DNA of 64,000 bases, from IMG/VR virus record IMGVR_UViG_3300048549_001676. One strand, written 5' to 3'. The translations under genes were made by a program, and so were the position numbers. The notes beneath the pieces were generated by a model that was not told the origin of the DNA, did not search any database, and saw only the letters and a program-made list of their open reading frames with translations. Positions 29,628-39,743 of the stretch are shown in pieces; positions within the stretch are counted from its first letter, which is position 1; each line of letters begins with the position of its first letter. The stretch is from an uncultured virus (IMG/VR IMGVR_UViG_3300048549_001676) (taxonomy: Duplodnaviria > Heunggongvirae > Uroviricota > Caudoviricetes).

Positions 29628-30074
29628 TCACATTGTTACTTCCCAAGAATCATCGGTTGATCCCCAGTCACGATATTTTTCTTCACCACCTCTTGCTGAC
29701 CAATCACTATCAATAACCAAACGACTACTGATACCACCTCTTGGATTGCTTTTCAAAACCAAACGCAAACGATCAGGAGAATACACTTCCATTAAATGAT
29801 CATAGACAACATTAATAAGTCGTTCATACGATACAACGATGTTACGCAACTGATATGTGTATTGCTTTAAACTTTTAAGTTCAATTATTTTCTTGGTTGG
29901 ATAAATTGTGATGTAAAGTACACCAAAATCTGGTTGTTCGTTCACACCAAGAAATGTAAACTCAGGAACTTTTACTTTTATTTCGTAAGGTTCTTTGCTT
30001 GGATTTGGAATGCTTTTTAGAATGCTTGAATCAATTGCATCGTACAATAATATTTTTTCTTTTTCGTTTTCCAT
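29628..30074 (-). CDS. queF: QueF-like T-fold protein lacking the catalytic Cys
   Basis: PEFTFLGVNEQPDFG, IELKSLKQY, PRGGIS; canonical PEFTSLC Cys replaced by Gly; start set at MENEK. Confidence 0.75.
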   Translation of the reverse strand: MENEKEKILLYDAIDSSILKSIPNPSKEPYEIKVKVPEFTFLGVNEQPDFGVLYITIYPTKKIIELKSLKQYTYQLRNIVVSYERLINVVYDHLMEVYSPDRLRLVLKSNPRGGISSRLVIDSDWSARGGEEKYRDWGSTDDSWEVTM

Positions 30075-30075
30075 T

Positions 30076-31230
30076 TTATTTAAGTTCCACAAAAATTTGT
30101 TTTTTGTTATCATCAATGATTTCCCACGAAACATCGTTACGACCAAAGTGTCCGTGATAAGAAGTTTTGCGATAAATAGGTTTTCTTAATCCAAGAAACT
30201 CAATGATTCCATTTGGAGTCAAATCAAAATTCTGAGTTACTGCATTTTCAATGTTGGTCTCGGCGATCTTGCTTGTTTGGAATGTATCAACACGAACACT
30301 TACAGGTTCTGCAACTCCGATAGCATAAGCAAGTTGAACTTCGCATTTTTCTGCTATTCCACTTGCAACGATTGTTTTAGCAACGTGTCGTGCCATGTAA
30401 GCCGCACTTCTATCTACTTTTGTTGGGTCTTTGCCACTGAATGCTCCACCTCCGTGTCGTGCCATTCCTCCGTAAGTATCAACGATGATTTTACGACCAG
30501 TAAGACCTGTATCTCCGTGTGGTCCACCGATAATAAATTGACCCGTTGGATTGATATGAAATTTGGTGTCTATTAAATACTTTTCGTTTACAACTTCACG
30601 AATAAGTTCTTCAATATCTGCTTTGATTGTTTCTTGTGTAACATCTTCATCGTGCTGAGTTGATAACACAATTGTATCTACACGAATTGGTTTATCGTTT
30701 TCATCGTATTCCACCGTAACTTGTGATTTGGCATCAGGACGAAGATACGGAATGCTCTTGGAATGTCGTGCTTCTTCTACCTTCTTGATAATTTGATGCG
30801 ACAACATAATAGGTAATGGCATAAGTTCAGGTGTTTCGTTGCAAGCATATCCGAACATAAGTCCTTGGTCTCCTGCTCCTGCTTCTTTATGCTCACCTTC
30901 ACCTTCGTTGACTCCTAATGCAATATCTGCACTTTGACGATCAATAGTAAATAATACTGAACATCCTTTTGCACTTATTCCGTATTTTTCGTCTGTGTAT
31001 CCTATATCTGATAATACTTCACGTGCTATATCTTGAAAATTCACCCAACCTTCCGCAGTAATTTCTCCACCGATTACTACTAATCCAGTTGTTGCGAATG
31101 TTTCACACGCAACTCTTGCGTTAGGATCTTGCTTTAAAAAAGCATCAAGAACTGCATCACTTATTTGGTCACATACTTTATCAGGATGTCCACTTGATAC
31201 ACTCTCGGATGTAAATAGTTTTTTATTCAT
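30076..31230 (-). CDS. metK: S-adenosylmethionine synthetase
   Basis: [45 protein letters not shown]. Confidence 0.97.
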   Translation of the reverse strand: MNKKLFTSESVSSGHPDKVCDQISDAVLDAFLKQDPNARVACETFATTGLVVIGGEITAEGWVNFQDIAREVLSDIGYTDEKYGISAKGCSVLFTIDRQSADIALGVNEGEGEHKEAGAGDQGLMFGYACNETPELMPLPIMLSHQIIKKVEEARHSKSIPYLRPDAKSQVTVEYDENDKPIRVDTIVLSTQHDEDVTQETIKADIEELIREVVNEKYLIDTKFHINPTGQFIIGGPHGDTGLTGRKIIVDTYGGMARHGGGAFSGKDPTKVDRSAAYMARHVAKTIVASGIAEKCEVQLAYAIGVAEPVSVRVDTFQTSKIAETNIENAVTQNFDLTPNGIIEFLGLRKPIYRKTSYHGHFGRNDVSWEIIDDNKKQIFVELK

Positions 31231-31233
31231 ATA

Positions 31234-31884
31234 TCACTTTCCAAATTCGTAATTAAAATGCTTAATATCATCTGCATAACGTTCTGCAACTTTGTCAACC
31301 ATCCATTGTTCATCATAAGCATCTGTGTACGGAACATGATTACTTTTATTTGTATGAACTATCTTTGGTTGTTGTAAACCAAGTTTATCAAATACAAATT
31401 TCATATCATGTGTAAGATTTTCCACTTTTGCTATATAATCTAACATATTATTTCCATTTCTGTCAAGCACCCAATCAATTTGACGATTTCTTTTTTTGTT
31501 AGGTTCGCAATATTTTTTCAAATACTCTTTAAAATTAGAACACTCAGAATCAATTCTTCTTACTTTCTGGACAAACCAATTACCATCACCCTTCGGAATT
31601 TTAGTTTTAAATTCATTTGCTTTTCTTTTTAAGTAAGAAAATGTAGACAACTTTCTATCCCACGGATTGCGAACAGTTGTGAACTTGAAATAATCATTCC
31701 AATTCCATGTTTCTTCGTCAAAGAATTCTTTCATTTTCTTTGCAGGAATGTGATGATAGCAAATTGTTTTACGAGGAGCACATGATTTTATATCAGAATA
31801 CGGATCAAGCATTTCTCGTACTGAAGAACTTGCAGTTTTGTGTATTGAAATATACACAAATTTGTGCTTATGAGATAATCTCAT
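31234..31884 (-). CDS. sulfotransferase (Sulfotransfer_2/CHST-like)
   Basis: SHKHKFVYISIHKTASSS, VRNPWDRKLS. Confidence 0.9.
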   Translation of the reverse strand: MRLSHKHKFVYISIHKTASSSVREMLDPYSDIKSCAPRKTICYHHIPAKKMKEFFDEETWNWNDYFKFTTVRNPWDRKLSTFSYLKRKANEFKTKIPKGDGNWFVQKVRRIDSECSNFKEYLKKYCEPNKKRNRQIDWVLDRNGNNMLDYIAKVENLTHDMKFVFDKLGLQQPKIVHTNKSNHVPYTDAYDEQWMVDKVAERYADDIKHFNYEFGK

Positions 31885-32648
31885 TAGAAATGTAATTTAT
31901 AGTATTTCGTTAAGTTTTCAATCAAAAAAGTTTTTGCAGTTTCTACATCATCTACAATTTTGAATAAATTCAAGTCTTTTTTGCTGATTGTTCCTGCTTC
32001 AATGAATTTGTCCCACCCAACAACATTTTCCCAAAAATCTTTTCCGTATAAAATCGTTGGCACAGGTTTCTCAATTTTCTGACATTGAATTAAAGTTAAT
32101 GCTTCAAATAATTCGTCCATTGTTCCGAATCCACCTGGAAACACAACCAATGCTTTTGCTTGATAAAGAAACCAATATTTGCGTGTAAAGAAATAATGAT
32201 AAACAAAATCCATTTCAGGTGTCACATACTCATTGTTGGTTTGTTCAAATGGCAACTTGATACCAAGACCAACTGATTTGCCTCCTGCATCATGTGCTCC
32301 TTTATTCGCAGCTTCCATTATTCCTGGTCCAGCACCACTGCTGATATAAAACTTGTTTTTGCGTTCTGTGAAGTTTTCTTCCGACCACTCGGTCAATTGC
32401 TTGCTGAGTTGATATGCTTCGGTATAATATCGGTCATACCCGTTCTTTTTAAATTGCTCAGATTCTTCATTGATTCTTGCACTTCCTTGAAAAACAATTG
32501 TATGTCTAATGCCAGTTTTTTTCATTCTGGCCTCTGTTTCCATCAATTCCGCAAGAACTCTCAACCATCGTGCTTCACGACTATTCATGAATGTCATGTT
32601 TTCGTGTGCTTCTTTGGTGCTTTTTCGTTTCTTTGGATTATACTTCAT
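31884..32648 (-). CDS. LOG-family nucleotide monophosphate phosphoribohydrolase (TIGR00730-like)
   Basis: GSAR, GAGPGIMEAANKGA, LPFEQ..N, FFTRK, FPGGFGTMDELFE. Confidence 0.9.
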   Translation of the reverse strand: MKYNPKKRKSTKEAHENMTFMNSREARWLRVLAELMETEARMKKTGIRHTIVFQGSARINEESEQFKKNGYDRYYTEAYQLSKQLTEWSEENFTERKNKFYISSGAGPGIMEAANKGAHDAGGKSVGLGIKLPFEQTNNEYVTPEMDFVYHYFFTRKYWFLYQAKALVVFPGGFGTMDELFEALTLIQCQKIEKPVPTILYGKDFWENVVGWDKFIEAGTISKKDLNLFKIVDDVETAKTFLIENLTKYYKLHF

Positions 32649-32690
32649 ATAATATAAATAGAAGCAATCAACGAAATTATAAAAACAAAG

Positions 32691-33257
32691 TTACTTGTTG
32701 ATGCACTCTTTAAATGCAGTTTCAACATGAGCAATGCATTTTTCTAAAGCATCATCTCCGTACCGTTCCCATTCAACATGGCAATTGGAATTCTTTCGTA
32801 ACAATGGATCGTTTTCTGCTTCATAATCGTTAGCAGGTTTATTGCCTGTCATGGTCAAATGAATTACACACCCACCCATTTTGTGAATATATTCAATTTC
32901 ATTTGGAAAACGAATATCTGTTACAATACTTACTATATTATTTTTTTGATTTTCAACAATGATTTCTTCCACTTTTTTTACCCAATGTAGATCATCTTTC
33001 TTACGCATTATTTCAGTTCCCCATGTTGTTAACATAGGACGAATAATTTCTTTTTCTGATGTTACTTCGGTAAATGCAGATATACCAAGTTTTTCAATTA
33101 AAAAAGCATCTACATCTTTTTTCAATTCATCGGCAAACGCAAGTCGTTGTGATTCGTAGTTCTTTGATTTTAAGTATTCTCTTGCATAATTACAAAAAGT
33201 ATCTTTTCCACAACGAGCAAGACCCGTTAAACCGATTATCATTGGAACATCCATCAC
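32691..33257 (-). CDS. deoxynucleoside monophosphate kinase (T4 gp1-like)
   Basis: IIGLTGLARCGKDT, LAFADELK, R..L..WGTE..R, VTDIRFPNE. Confidence 0.85.
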   Translation of the reverse strand: MMDVPMIIGLTGLARCGKDTFCNYAREYLKSKNYESQRLAFADELKKDVDAFLIEKLGISAFTEVTSEKEIIRPMLTTWGTEIMRKKDDLHWVKKVEEIIVENQKNNIVSIVTDIRFPNEIEYIHKMGGCVIHLTMTGNKPANDYEAENDPLLRKNSNCHVEWERYGDDALEKCIAHVETAFKECINK

Positions 33258-33289
33258 AAACTATAAGTATTATAATAACTCACTTATTT

Positions 33290-33709
33290 TCAAAAGAAAT
33301 CACGATACTTTGGAATTTCTACATTCAAATCATCAAATTCCTCTTCAACATCCACATCACCATCCGTAGTTACCGAATTTGGTTTTGGTAACGATTCTGC
33401 TTCATCAGGTGTCGCAAAGTTTGACCAGGTGGGTGGAACTTTCAATTTCTCTGTTGCAGATTTTCTGTAAATTCCAGGATCAAGATTAAATGCAGTAAGT
33501 TCATCAAATTTTCCTCCCCATATATCATCTGCTTGTGGAAACTCAGTTTGAGTATAACCTCCTGTACGATACCACTTGTCAGCATCACCACTCATTTCTG
33601 CTCCGAGTTTTCTTATTTTGCCAGCACCCAACCAATTTCCGAAATCTGGTTCACTATCTGTTGCAGTTGATACACCAGCAGTTGTCACTTCATTTATGTG
33701 TTTATCCAC
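33290..33709 (-). CDS. hypothetical protein
   Basis: 139-aa ORF with GTG start directly after an ATATTTAT motif. Confidence 0.6.
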   Translation of the reverse strand: MDKHINEVTTAGVSTATDSEPDFGNWLGAGKIRKLGAEMSGDADKWYRTGGYTQTEFPQADDIWGGKFDELTAFNLDPGIYRKSATEKLKVPPTWSNFATPDEAESLPKPNSVTTDGDVDVEEEFDDLNVEIPKYRDFF

Positions 33710-33720
33710 ATAAATATATA

Positions 33721-35394
33721 TTACTCTTCACCGTAAATTCTGCGTACATTTGAACGAATTCCGTAATAACCTTCATTTGCCTGATGTTTATTTTTGTATA
33801 AGTTATGATGACATTTCAATTTGTTGATACGATTCATTTCAACCCAACCCATTTTTTTATGTGCTTCGGTTTGATTTGCCATACTTAAATCTTTTCCACC
33901 TTCGTTTATAATAGCACGATTAAAATCCGAATCGGTTGGATTAACATACTTACATCCAGTTGCTTCCGCACGTTTTATGATGTCCCAATCTTGATATCCC
34001 ATAGGTAAAAGTGATTGATCGTAACCACCAATTTCGTTAAACTTTTTCTTGGTTAGTGCTATTCTTCCAAAGTTTCCGTTTTGAGGAATCCAATCAAATT
34101 GATGAACAACACAATTGTAATCGTTTTGCTCAAATTGAGTAATTACAAATTTACCTCCACGATAACCTGTATAATTATCACAATCTAATGTTACTACAAT
34201 TGTTCCTCTTGCTTGATGCGTTGCGGTATTTTTACCTATACTGGCGTGCCATTTATTTAGTATATCTGTTTCATAATATCTCAAATAACCACATTCAATG
34301 TATTTTTCTAAATTTTGTTCACGAATCCAATCACGGAATCCGTCTTTACTGTTAATATCCATTAATAAAAATTCAATATCATCTTTATCTTCCCAATTAT
34401 CTTCTAAATTTTTAAGCAATGTTTGTTCAATTTGATGAAAACGATTCATTAATGCCATAACAAATGTTAACTTTTTTTTACCACATGATACGTTTTCTAT
34501 ACCCTTTATTGGTTCTAAGAAATAATCATAGTCTTCTAATGGATCAAATACAGTATTTTCTTTACTCTTTATATTATCAAGAAAGTTCGGTAAATCTTTT
34601 TTAACTCGTTCATATAATCTTATCGTAATATTTGGATCATTCTTTTTGTCGGAATGTAAATGTGTATATTCAATATCACTTACTCTTACATTAAATGGTT
34701 CAATTTTCTGTGAATCGATTTTAGCACCACAATACCAAAGATCATAAACAAGATGTGTGTTTTTATAGGATTTTGCTTTTTCTTCATTTTGAAATACAGA
34801 TAAATTTTCTTCGTTTGTAACTAATCTCAAAATTTCAGATGCGTGGTCATTTATAAATTTAACGTTTGTTCCACCATAAATTCCTTTGCTTGGTATTTTA
34901 AATTCTCCTTTGTTTGCAAAACGATACCACCTTGGTCTTGTTACAAGACCATCTGATTTCATATTTGCTATTTCTTTATAGAAACCGTCAGGTGTTATGT
35001 GCATATCCTCTATAATCAATTCAGCATTTAAAATTTTGCTTTCTGACGGAATATCCCACAAATAAAAATCGTTTTCAATTAACACAAATGGTTCACGCAT
35101 TTTTTCGCATACAATTGCCTTGGGTAAAGAATAAAAATAATCAGGAATGTTTTTATTATTTAATTCTTCAATGTCATCGTATATTTCATCAAACTCAATG
35201 ATTTTACAAATCTGCGAAATTGCTTCGTGATCTCCGTAAAATATTATTTTATCAAAAAACTTTCTTGATTGTTCAACACTTAATTTCATTGATACAAGCA
35301 AATCGTTTTTACGTTGAAAGTTGCTATAAACGTTTTTTTCTACAAATGGTTTTGCCCAATACGCATAAACTGCCGTTTTAATTTCACCCATCAT
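33721..35394 (-). CDS. DUF6734-like N-terminal domain fused to a GT2/GT7-like glycosyltransferase
   Basis: N-terminal W.KP...SLPK...EPFVLIENDFYLW; C-terminal MNRFHQIEQTL, TLDCDN, GGYDQ...GYQDWD. Confidence 0.72.
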   Translation of the reverse strand: MMGEIKTAVYAYWAKPFVEKNVYSNFQRKNDLLVSMKLSVEQSRKFFDKIIFYGDHEAISQICKIIEFDEIYDDIEELNNKNIPDYFYSLPKAIVCEKMREPFVLIENDFYLWDIPSESKILNAELIIEDMHITPDGFYKEIANMKSDGLVTRPRWYRFANKGEFKIPSKGIYGGTNVKFINDHASEILRLVTNEENLSVFQNEEKAKSYKNTHLVYDLWYCGAKIDSQKIEPFNVRVSDIEYTHLHSDKKNDPNITIRLYERVKKDLPNFLDNIKSKENTVFDPLEDYDYFLEPIKGIENVSCGKKKLTFVMALMNRFHQIEQTLLKNLEDNWEDKDDIEFLLMDINSKDGFRDWIREQNLEKYIECGYLRYYETDILNKWHASIGKNTATHQARGTIVVTLDCDNYTGYRGGKFVITQFEQNDYNCVVHQFDWIPQNGNFGRIALTKKKFNEIGGYDQSLLPMGYQDWDIIKRAEATGCKYVNPTDSDFNRAIINEGGKDLSMANQTEAHKKMGWVEMNRINKLKCHHNLYKNKHQANEGYYGIRSNVRRIYGEE

Positions 35395-35412
35395 TATTAA
35401 ATATAATATATA

Positions 35413-36387
35413 TTAAAAATTAGATATACACCACTTTATAGTTTCTCGTAACTTTCCTTCGAAATCTTTTGTTGGATTCCAATTTAATTCAGTGTGAATT
35501 TTACTGAAATCAACTGCGTAACGAAAATCGTGTCCTTTGCGATCTTCAACGAAAGTAAGTTGTTCTGAGTATTTTGTTTTCTTGGGTTTTAGTTCATCAA
35601 GAATATCACAGATTTTATTTGCAAGTTCAAGATTGTTGAGTTCTTTATCACCACCTACATTATATATTTCACCAGTTTTTCCGTTGTGAAATACTTCATC
35701 AATTGCAACGCAATGATCTTCAACAAACAACCAATCACGAACATTATCTCCTTTTCCATAAATTGGAATGTCTTTACCAGCAAGTGCAGTGCGAACAATC
35801 GTAGGAATTAATTTCTCACGATGCTGATGAGGACCATAATTGTTTGAACAACTTGTTGTAATTACATTTAGTTTGTATGTTTCAGAATAAGCATTTACAA
35901 AAAAGTTACCACTTGCTTTACTTGCACTATAAGGACTATTAGGATCAAACGGAGTTGTTTCCGAAAATTTTCCAGTTGCTCCTAATGTTCCGTAAATTTC
36001 GTCTGTGGATACATAATGAAATCTTCCTTTGCCTTTATTACGAAATGCTTCAAGAAGCACACAAGTGCCTACTACATTCGTTGTAACGAAGTCTAATGGT
36101 CTTTTGATGCTATTGTCTACGTGTGATTCGGCGGCAAGATGAATTACTGAATCAATGTTGTGTTCATCAAACAATTTATTGACCAACTTTTCGTCACGAA
36201 TATCTCCTTTCACAAATACGTAATTTGGATTGTTTTTTAACGACTCAAGATAACTTGCATCCGAAGCATACGTCATTAAATCCAAGTTGACGAGTTTGTA
36301 ATTAGGATACTTCTTCGCAAGATGCAGAACAAGGTTTGAACCAATGAACCCGCAACCTCCGGTTATTAATATGTTTTTAGTTTTCAT
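35413..36387 (-). CDS. rfbB: dTDP-glucose 4,6-dehydratase
   Basis: TGGCGFIGSN, HLAAESHVDNSI, STDEIYG, PNSPYSASKA, CSNNYGP, RDWLFVEDH, DRKGHDFRYA. Confidence 0.95.
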   Translation of the reverse strand: MKTKNILITGGCGFIGSNLVLHLAKKYPNYKLVNLDLMTYASDASYLESLKNNPNYVFVKGDIRDEKLVNKLFDEHNIDSVIHLAAESHVDNSIKRPLDFVTTNVVGTCVLLEAFRNKGKGRFHYVSTDEIYGTLGATGKFSETTPFDPNSPYSASKASGNFFVNAYSETYKLNVITTSCSNNYGPHQHREKLIPTIVRTALAGKDIPIYGKGDNVRDWLFVEDHCVAIDEVFHNGKTGEIYNVGGDKELNNLELANKICDILDELKPKKTKYSEQLTFVEDRKGHDFRYAVDFSKIHTELNWNPTKDFEGKLRETIKWCISNF

Positions 36388-37016
36388 TTATCAAAAAGAA
36401 AAATATCATCAAACGTCAAATCTTTATTGGTTTTAAACATTCGTTGTAGTCTATCGAGTAATTTACGAGAGTGTCTATATTTGTTGTCAAAACGATACCA
36501 ATGATATACATAAACACCATTTAGAATACAGAATTTTATTTTATTTTCGTGTAATCTTTTTCGTAAATCATTATCAACTTCAGTAAATCCTTTCGTTTTA
36601 AATCCACCAATTTCCTTCCATGTTTTTTTACTTATTAATATAAAGACCCCACTATACCCAAATTGTTCTGTGCTATTTTTTTCCAAACATAGCAAATCAT
36701 CATAATATTTTGATTGAATATATTTTCCGACGTTTCTGTGATATTCTATGTCATTACTCATCAAGTTAATATTACCGACCAACTGAAATGTATTTGCTAC
36801 TCTATTCGTTCTTGCTCCAAATGCTCCTACATCAGGATTGTTTTTAATAATAGTCTCGAGTTGGTGATACCAGTTTGATGTTGTAAACATTGCATCGTGA
36901 TCAAGAAAACACGCCCAATCATCATCATTAGGTAAAAGTTCCATAAACTTATTATACGCATACCCTAAATTAGTTCCATATTCGTTTGGTGTGTATGGTA
37001 TGTTTGTGTAAATCAT
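36384..37016 (-). CDS. GT2-like glycosyltransferase
   Basis: LGYAYN, WACFLDHDAMF, WKEIGGF...VDND, YVYHWYR. Confidence 0.75.
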   Translation of the reverse strand: MIYTNIPYTPNEYGTNLGYAYNKFMELLPNDDDWACFLDHDAMFTTSNWYHQLETIIKNNPDVGAFGARTNRVANTFQLVGNINLMSNDIEYHRNVGKYIQSKYYDDLLCLEKNSTEQFGYSGVFILISKKTWKEIGGFKTKGFTEVDNDLRKRLHENKIKFCILNGVYVYHWYRFDNKYRHSRKLLDRLQRMFKTNKDLTFDDIFLFDK

Positions 37017-37037
37017 GTATTCTCCAAATTTATAATT

Positions 37038-37922
37038 TTACTCTTTCACCCATTTGTCAAAAGAATCTTCAATTGCATCCATACAATAACGCATTTTAAT
37101 TCCTGTGTTCAAAAGTTTTGTGTTGTCCATAACGCAGTTTGATCTTGGTGCAGTTGCTCCTTTGCTATAAAACTCTGAATCATCTTCCCAATATTCAAAT
37201 TCTTTTTTTAACTTAAATTTCTTTTTCATACATTCAACGACTTGCTTTGTTGTAACATATCCTCCGTTGGTTACATTATAGATTCCATAGTCGCATTTTT
37301 TTAATGGCAAATCAAGACAAGCATTAACAAATTCTTCACGATGTGAAATTGAGTTTACTGCATTATACACTTTGTCGTATCTTTGAATCTTGGATAAATA
37401 ATTACGATTTGAATCAAATTCGTCAAACGGAATTCTAAGTCTGCAAGTATACACTTTTTCAAACTTGCTTAAAACTTCTTCACCAAGTGCTTTGCTTCCA
37501 CTATAAAAACTACAAGGAGGTTGATCGTATGAAAAGTTTGGAACATCATCTTCTGTGAATCCGATTTTGTTTCCATTGGTATCTTCTCCTTTGTCACCTG
37601 CATAAATGCAACCACTGCTAACATGAACCAATGGAACATCGTTAAGTTCACATACTTGACCAAGAATCTGAGGAAGAAGAACATTTCCAATGATTGTTCC
37701 ACTTTTGTTGATTTCGCATTGATCAACATTTGGTTTTCCTGTGAAACCTCCTGCATTTAATACGAACTCAGGTTTTGTGTTGACAATTACATCATTCAAA
37801 GTCTTGAAGTCGTAGTAATCGACTTTGCTTCTTGAAAGATTCTTGAACTCTATGTTTCGTGAAGACAAAATCTCTTGAAATTTCAGTCCGACATATCCCG
37901 TACCACCGATTAATAATATCAT
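37038..37922 (-). CDS. RmlD-superfamily / NRS-ER-type NDP-4-keto-6-deoxyglucose 3,5-epimerase-4-reductase
   Basis: GGTGYVG, AGGFTGKPNVDQCE, SSGCIY, PNF...SFYSGSKA, RLRIP. Confidence 0.8.
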   Translation of the reverse strand: MILLIGGTGYVGLKFQEILSSRNIEFKNLSRSKVDYYDFKTLNDVIVNTKPEFVLNAGGFTGKPNVDQCEINKSGTIIGNVLLPQILGQVCELNDVPLVHVSSGCIYAGDKGEDTNGNKIGFTEDDVPNFSYDQPPCSFYSGSKALGEEVLSKFEKVYTCRLRIPFDEFDSNRNYLSKIQRYDKVYNAVNSISHREEFVNACLDLPLKKCDYGIYNVTNGGYVTTKQVVECMKKKFKLKKEFEYWEDDSEFYSKGATAPRSNCVMDNTKLLNTGIKMRYCMDAIEDSFDKWVKE

Positions 37923-37973
37923 AGTTATAAATATGAATTAATATAATATTTAAAGGGTATGTATCATTTTAAT

Positions 37974-38756
37974 TTACCAATTTAATAACATTTTATATTT
38001 GTTTGGAAGATAGTCATTTTCTCCAATTTTTATTTTTTTCCAATGTTCTATTCCTCTACCAAACAAATCTGCACCTGATTCGATTTTATGTTTTATATAT
38101 TCTACATCAGTGAATTCTTTTTTGTTAAATTCTTGATGACTAAAGTTTTTAATTTTATTTGCTATTTCCTCTGCATTCATAAAATAAGATAAATGCCATC
38201 CACCATTTGGTATATATTTTCTACGTCGTAACTTTGCAGATCTCATTCTATCACATTCATGGTTATATTTTTTACAATACTGGTGATAATTTACGACTTT
38301 TGCAAAATACCAAAATTTTTTGTTTCTGTTTGTAATGCAATAGTAATACATTACTTGTTCAAGATTATACAAGCCGTCTACTATTATTCTTTTATTTTTT
38401 ATTTTTTTAATTGTTTCTGTATCCGGTACTTCATCAACATCTGAAATAAAAATGATGTCATCGTCATTAAGTGTAAGTTGCTCTATACCTCTGTCAATAC
38501 AGTTTCTTTGATGCGTTTCGTTATCCCAAGCATTTTCAGTATTTGGCATATCGTCAACTATAATATGAATTATTTTGTGTAAATACTTTGAATATAAGTT
38601 TTTATTTTTGTCAAAAAATAAATCTTTTTTATTTCCGGCAAATGTAAATGTTGATTCCACTAATACAAAATAATCTACACCATCGTTCAACTCTGCTAAA
38701 CGAAATTCCAGCATTTTTAACTCATTATAAAATGTAAAGCAATCAATTATTTTCAT
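37974..38756 (-). CDS. GT17-family (beta-1,4-GlcNAc transferase-like)
   Basis: IIDCFTFYNEL..LEFRL.EL, ETHQRN, ISDVDEVP, GGWHLSYF...KIKNFSH. Confidence 0.88.
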   Translation of the reverse strand: MKIIDCFTFYNELKMLEFRLAELNDGVDYFVLVESTFTFAGNKKDLFFDKNKNLYSKYLHKIIHIIVDDMPNTENAWDNETHQRNCIDRGIEQLTLNDDDIIFISDVDEVPDTETIKKIKNKRIIVDGLYNLEQVMYYYCITNRNKKFWYFAKVVNYHQYCKKYNHECDRMRSAKLRRRKYIPNGGWHLSYFMNAEEIANKIKNFSHQEFNKKEFTDVEYIKHKIESGADLFGRGIEHWKKIKIGENDYLPNKYKMLLNW

Positions 38757-39724
38757 TTTAAAAACACCTCGTCAAATATCTTCATTACTTTCTCAGGAGT
38801 ATAATCAGAATATGCGTTCCAATCTTTTTTTGCCATTTCATCTTTGTCAAAATTTTGCAAAATAAATTCTAAGTTTTTCTGATTATCATACCATATTGCT
38901 TTATTACCCAACAAATAAACATGACATTTGTCAAAGGTACGTCGTGTCGTTTTTTTATCAGTTGCAATTACTGGTTTATTTTTTGATGAAAACTCAGCAA
39001 TAGCCTGTCCAAATGTCTCCCCATCATCCCTCCCCCATATCATTGCATCACACGTATTTATAAATTCAACTTTTTCGTTTAAGTCTACAATACATGGTAA
39101 ATGAATTATATTTGGCAGTTCCTTACAAAATTTGTTAAAGTTTGCAAATAAAAAATAAATGTCATTTCTTTTTTTTGCAGTATTGTAAACTGCCTGTTGT
39201 GCCATTTTTATACTAAATTGAGTAGGTCCTCCATATCCCCCAAATACTGTAGCATTATCTGGTATGCCGAGTTCACTCCTCATATCCATTTCGTGATAAG
39301 GTAACGATATTATTCTTGGAATTACAGGATACTTACCGTGATTTCCATCAACCCATTTAGCTATGGTACAATAAACATCTCCATGTGGTTCTTTTGCAGT
39401 AAATACACATTGAATACAATTCTTTGCGAAATTACATATCTCATTATCATTTTTTCCATATTTTATATTAAAAAAATATTTTATATTGCCATTAATTAGA
39501 AATTGATCAATTTGAGAAAAATTATCTACACCAATAACTTTGAATCGTGTTTTAAATTTTTCTATTACATCACTATTATTGAATTTACTTTTTTTAGGAT
39601 AAAAAATAATAGATTCGTTATTGAGAATTTTTTCATTATAGTGTGCGTAATTAAACATACCCACGTCCGTTCCTCTCTCTCCGAGATGTCCTGACCAAAA
39701 TCCAACTTTTTTTTGTTCTCCCAT
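38753..39724 (-). CDS. GT-B glycosyltransferase
   Basis: LGERGT...YAHYNEKIL, FGGYGG, FINTCDAMI.GR.DGETFG.AIAEF; start set at MGEQK. Confidence 0.78.
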   Translation of the reverse strand: MGEQKKVGFWSGHLGERGTDVGMFNYAHYNEKILNNESIIFYPKKSKFNNSDVIEKFKTRFKVIGVDNFSQIDQFLINGNIKYFFNIKYGKNDNEICNFAKNCIQCVFTAKEPHGDVYCTIAKWVDGNHGKYPVIPRIISLPYHEMDMRSELGIPDNATVFGGYGGPTQFSIKMAQQAVYNTAKKRNDIYFLFANFNKFCKELPNIIHLPCIVDLNEKVEFINTCDAMIWGRDDGETFGQAIAEFSSKNKPVIATDKKTTRRTFDKCHVYLLGNKAIWYDNQKNLEFILQNFDKDEMAKKDWNAYSDYTPEKVMKIFDEVFLK

Positions 39725-39743
39725 TCGTAATAAATATAAGTTA

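Noticed and set aside
29628..30074. 7-deazaguanine DNA modification cluster
   Set aside because: Only a Cys-less QueF-like gene is present; no dpdA, folE, queC, queD or queE in the window
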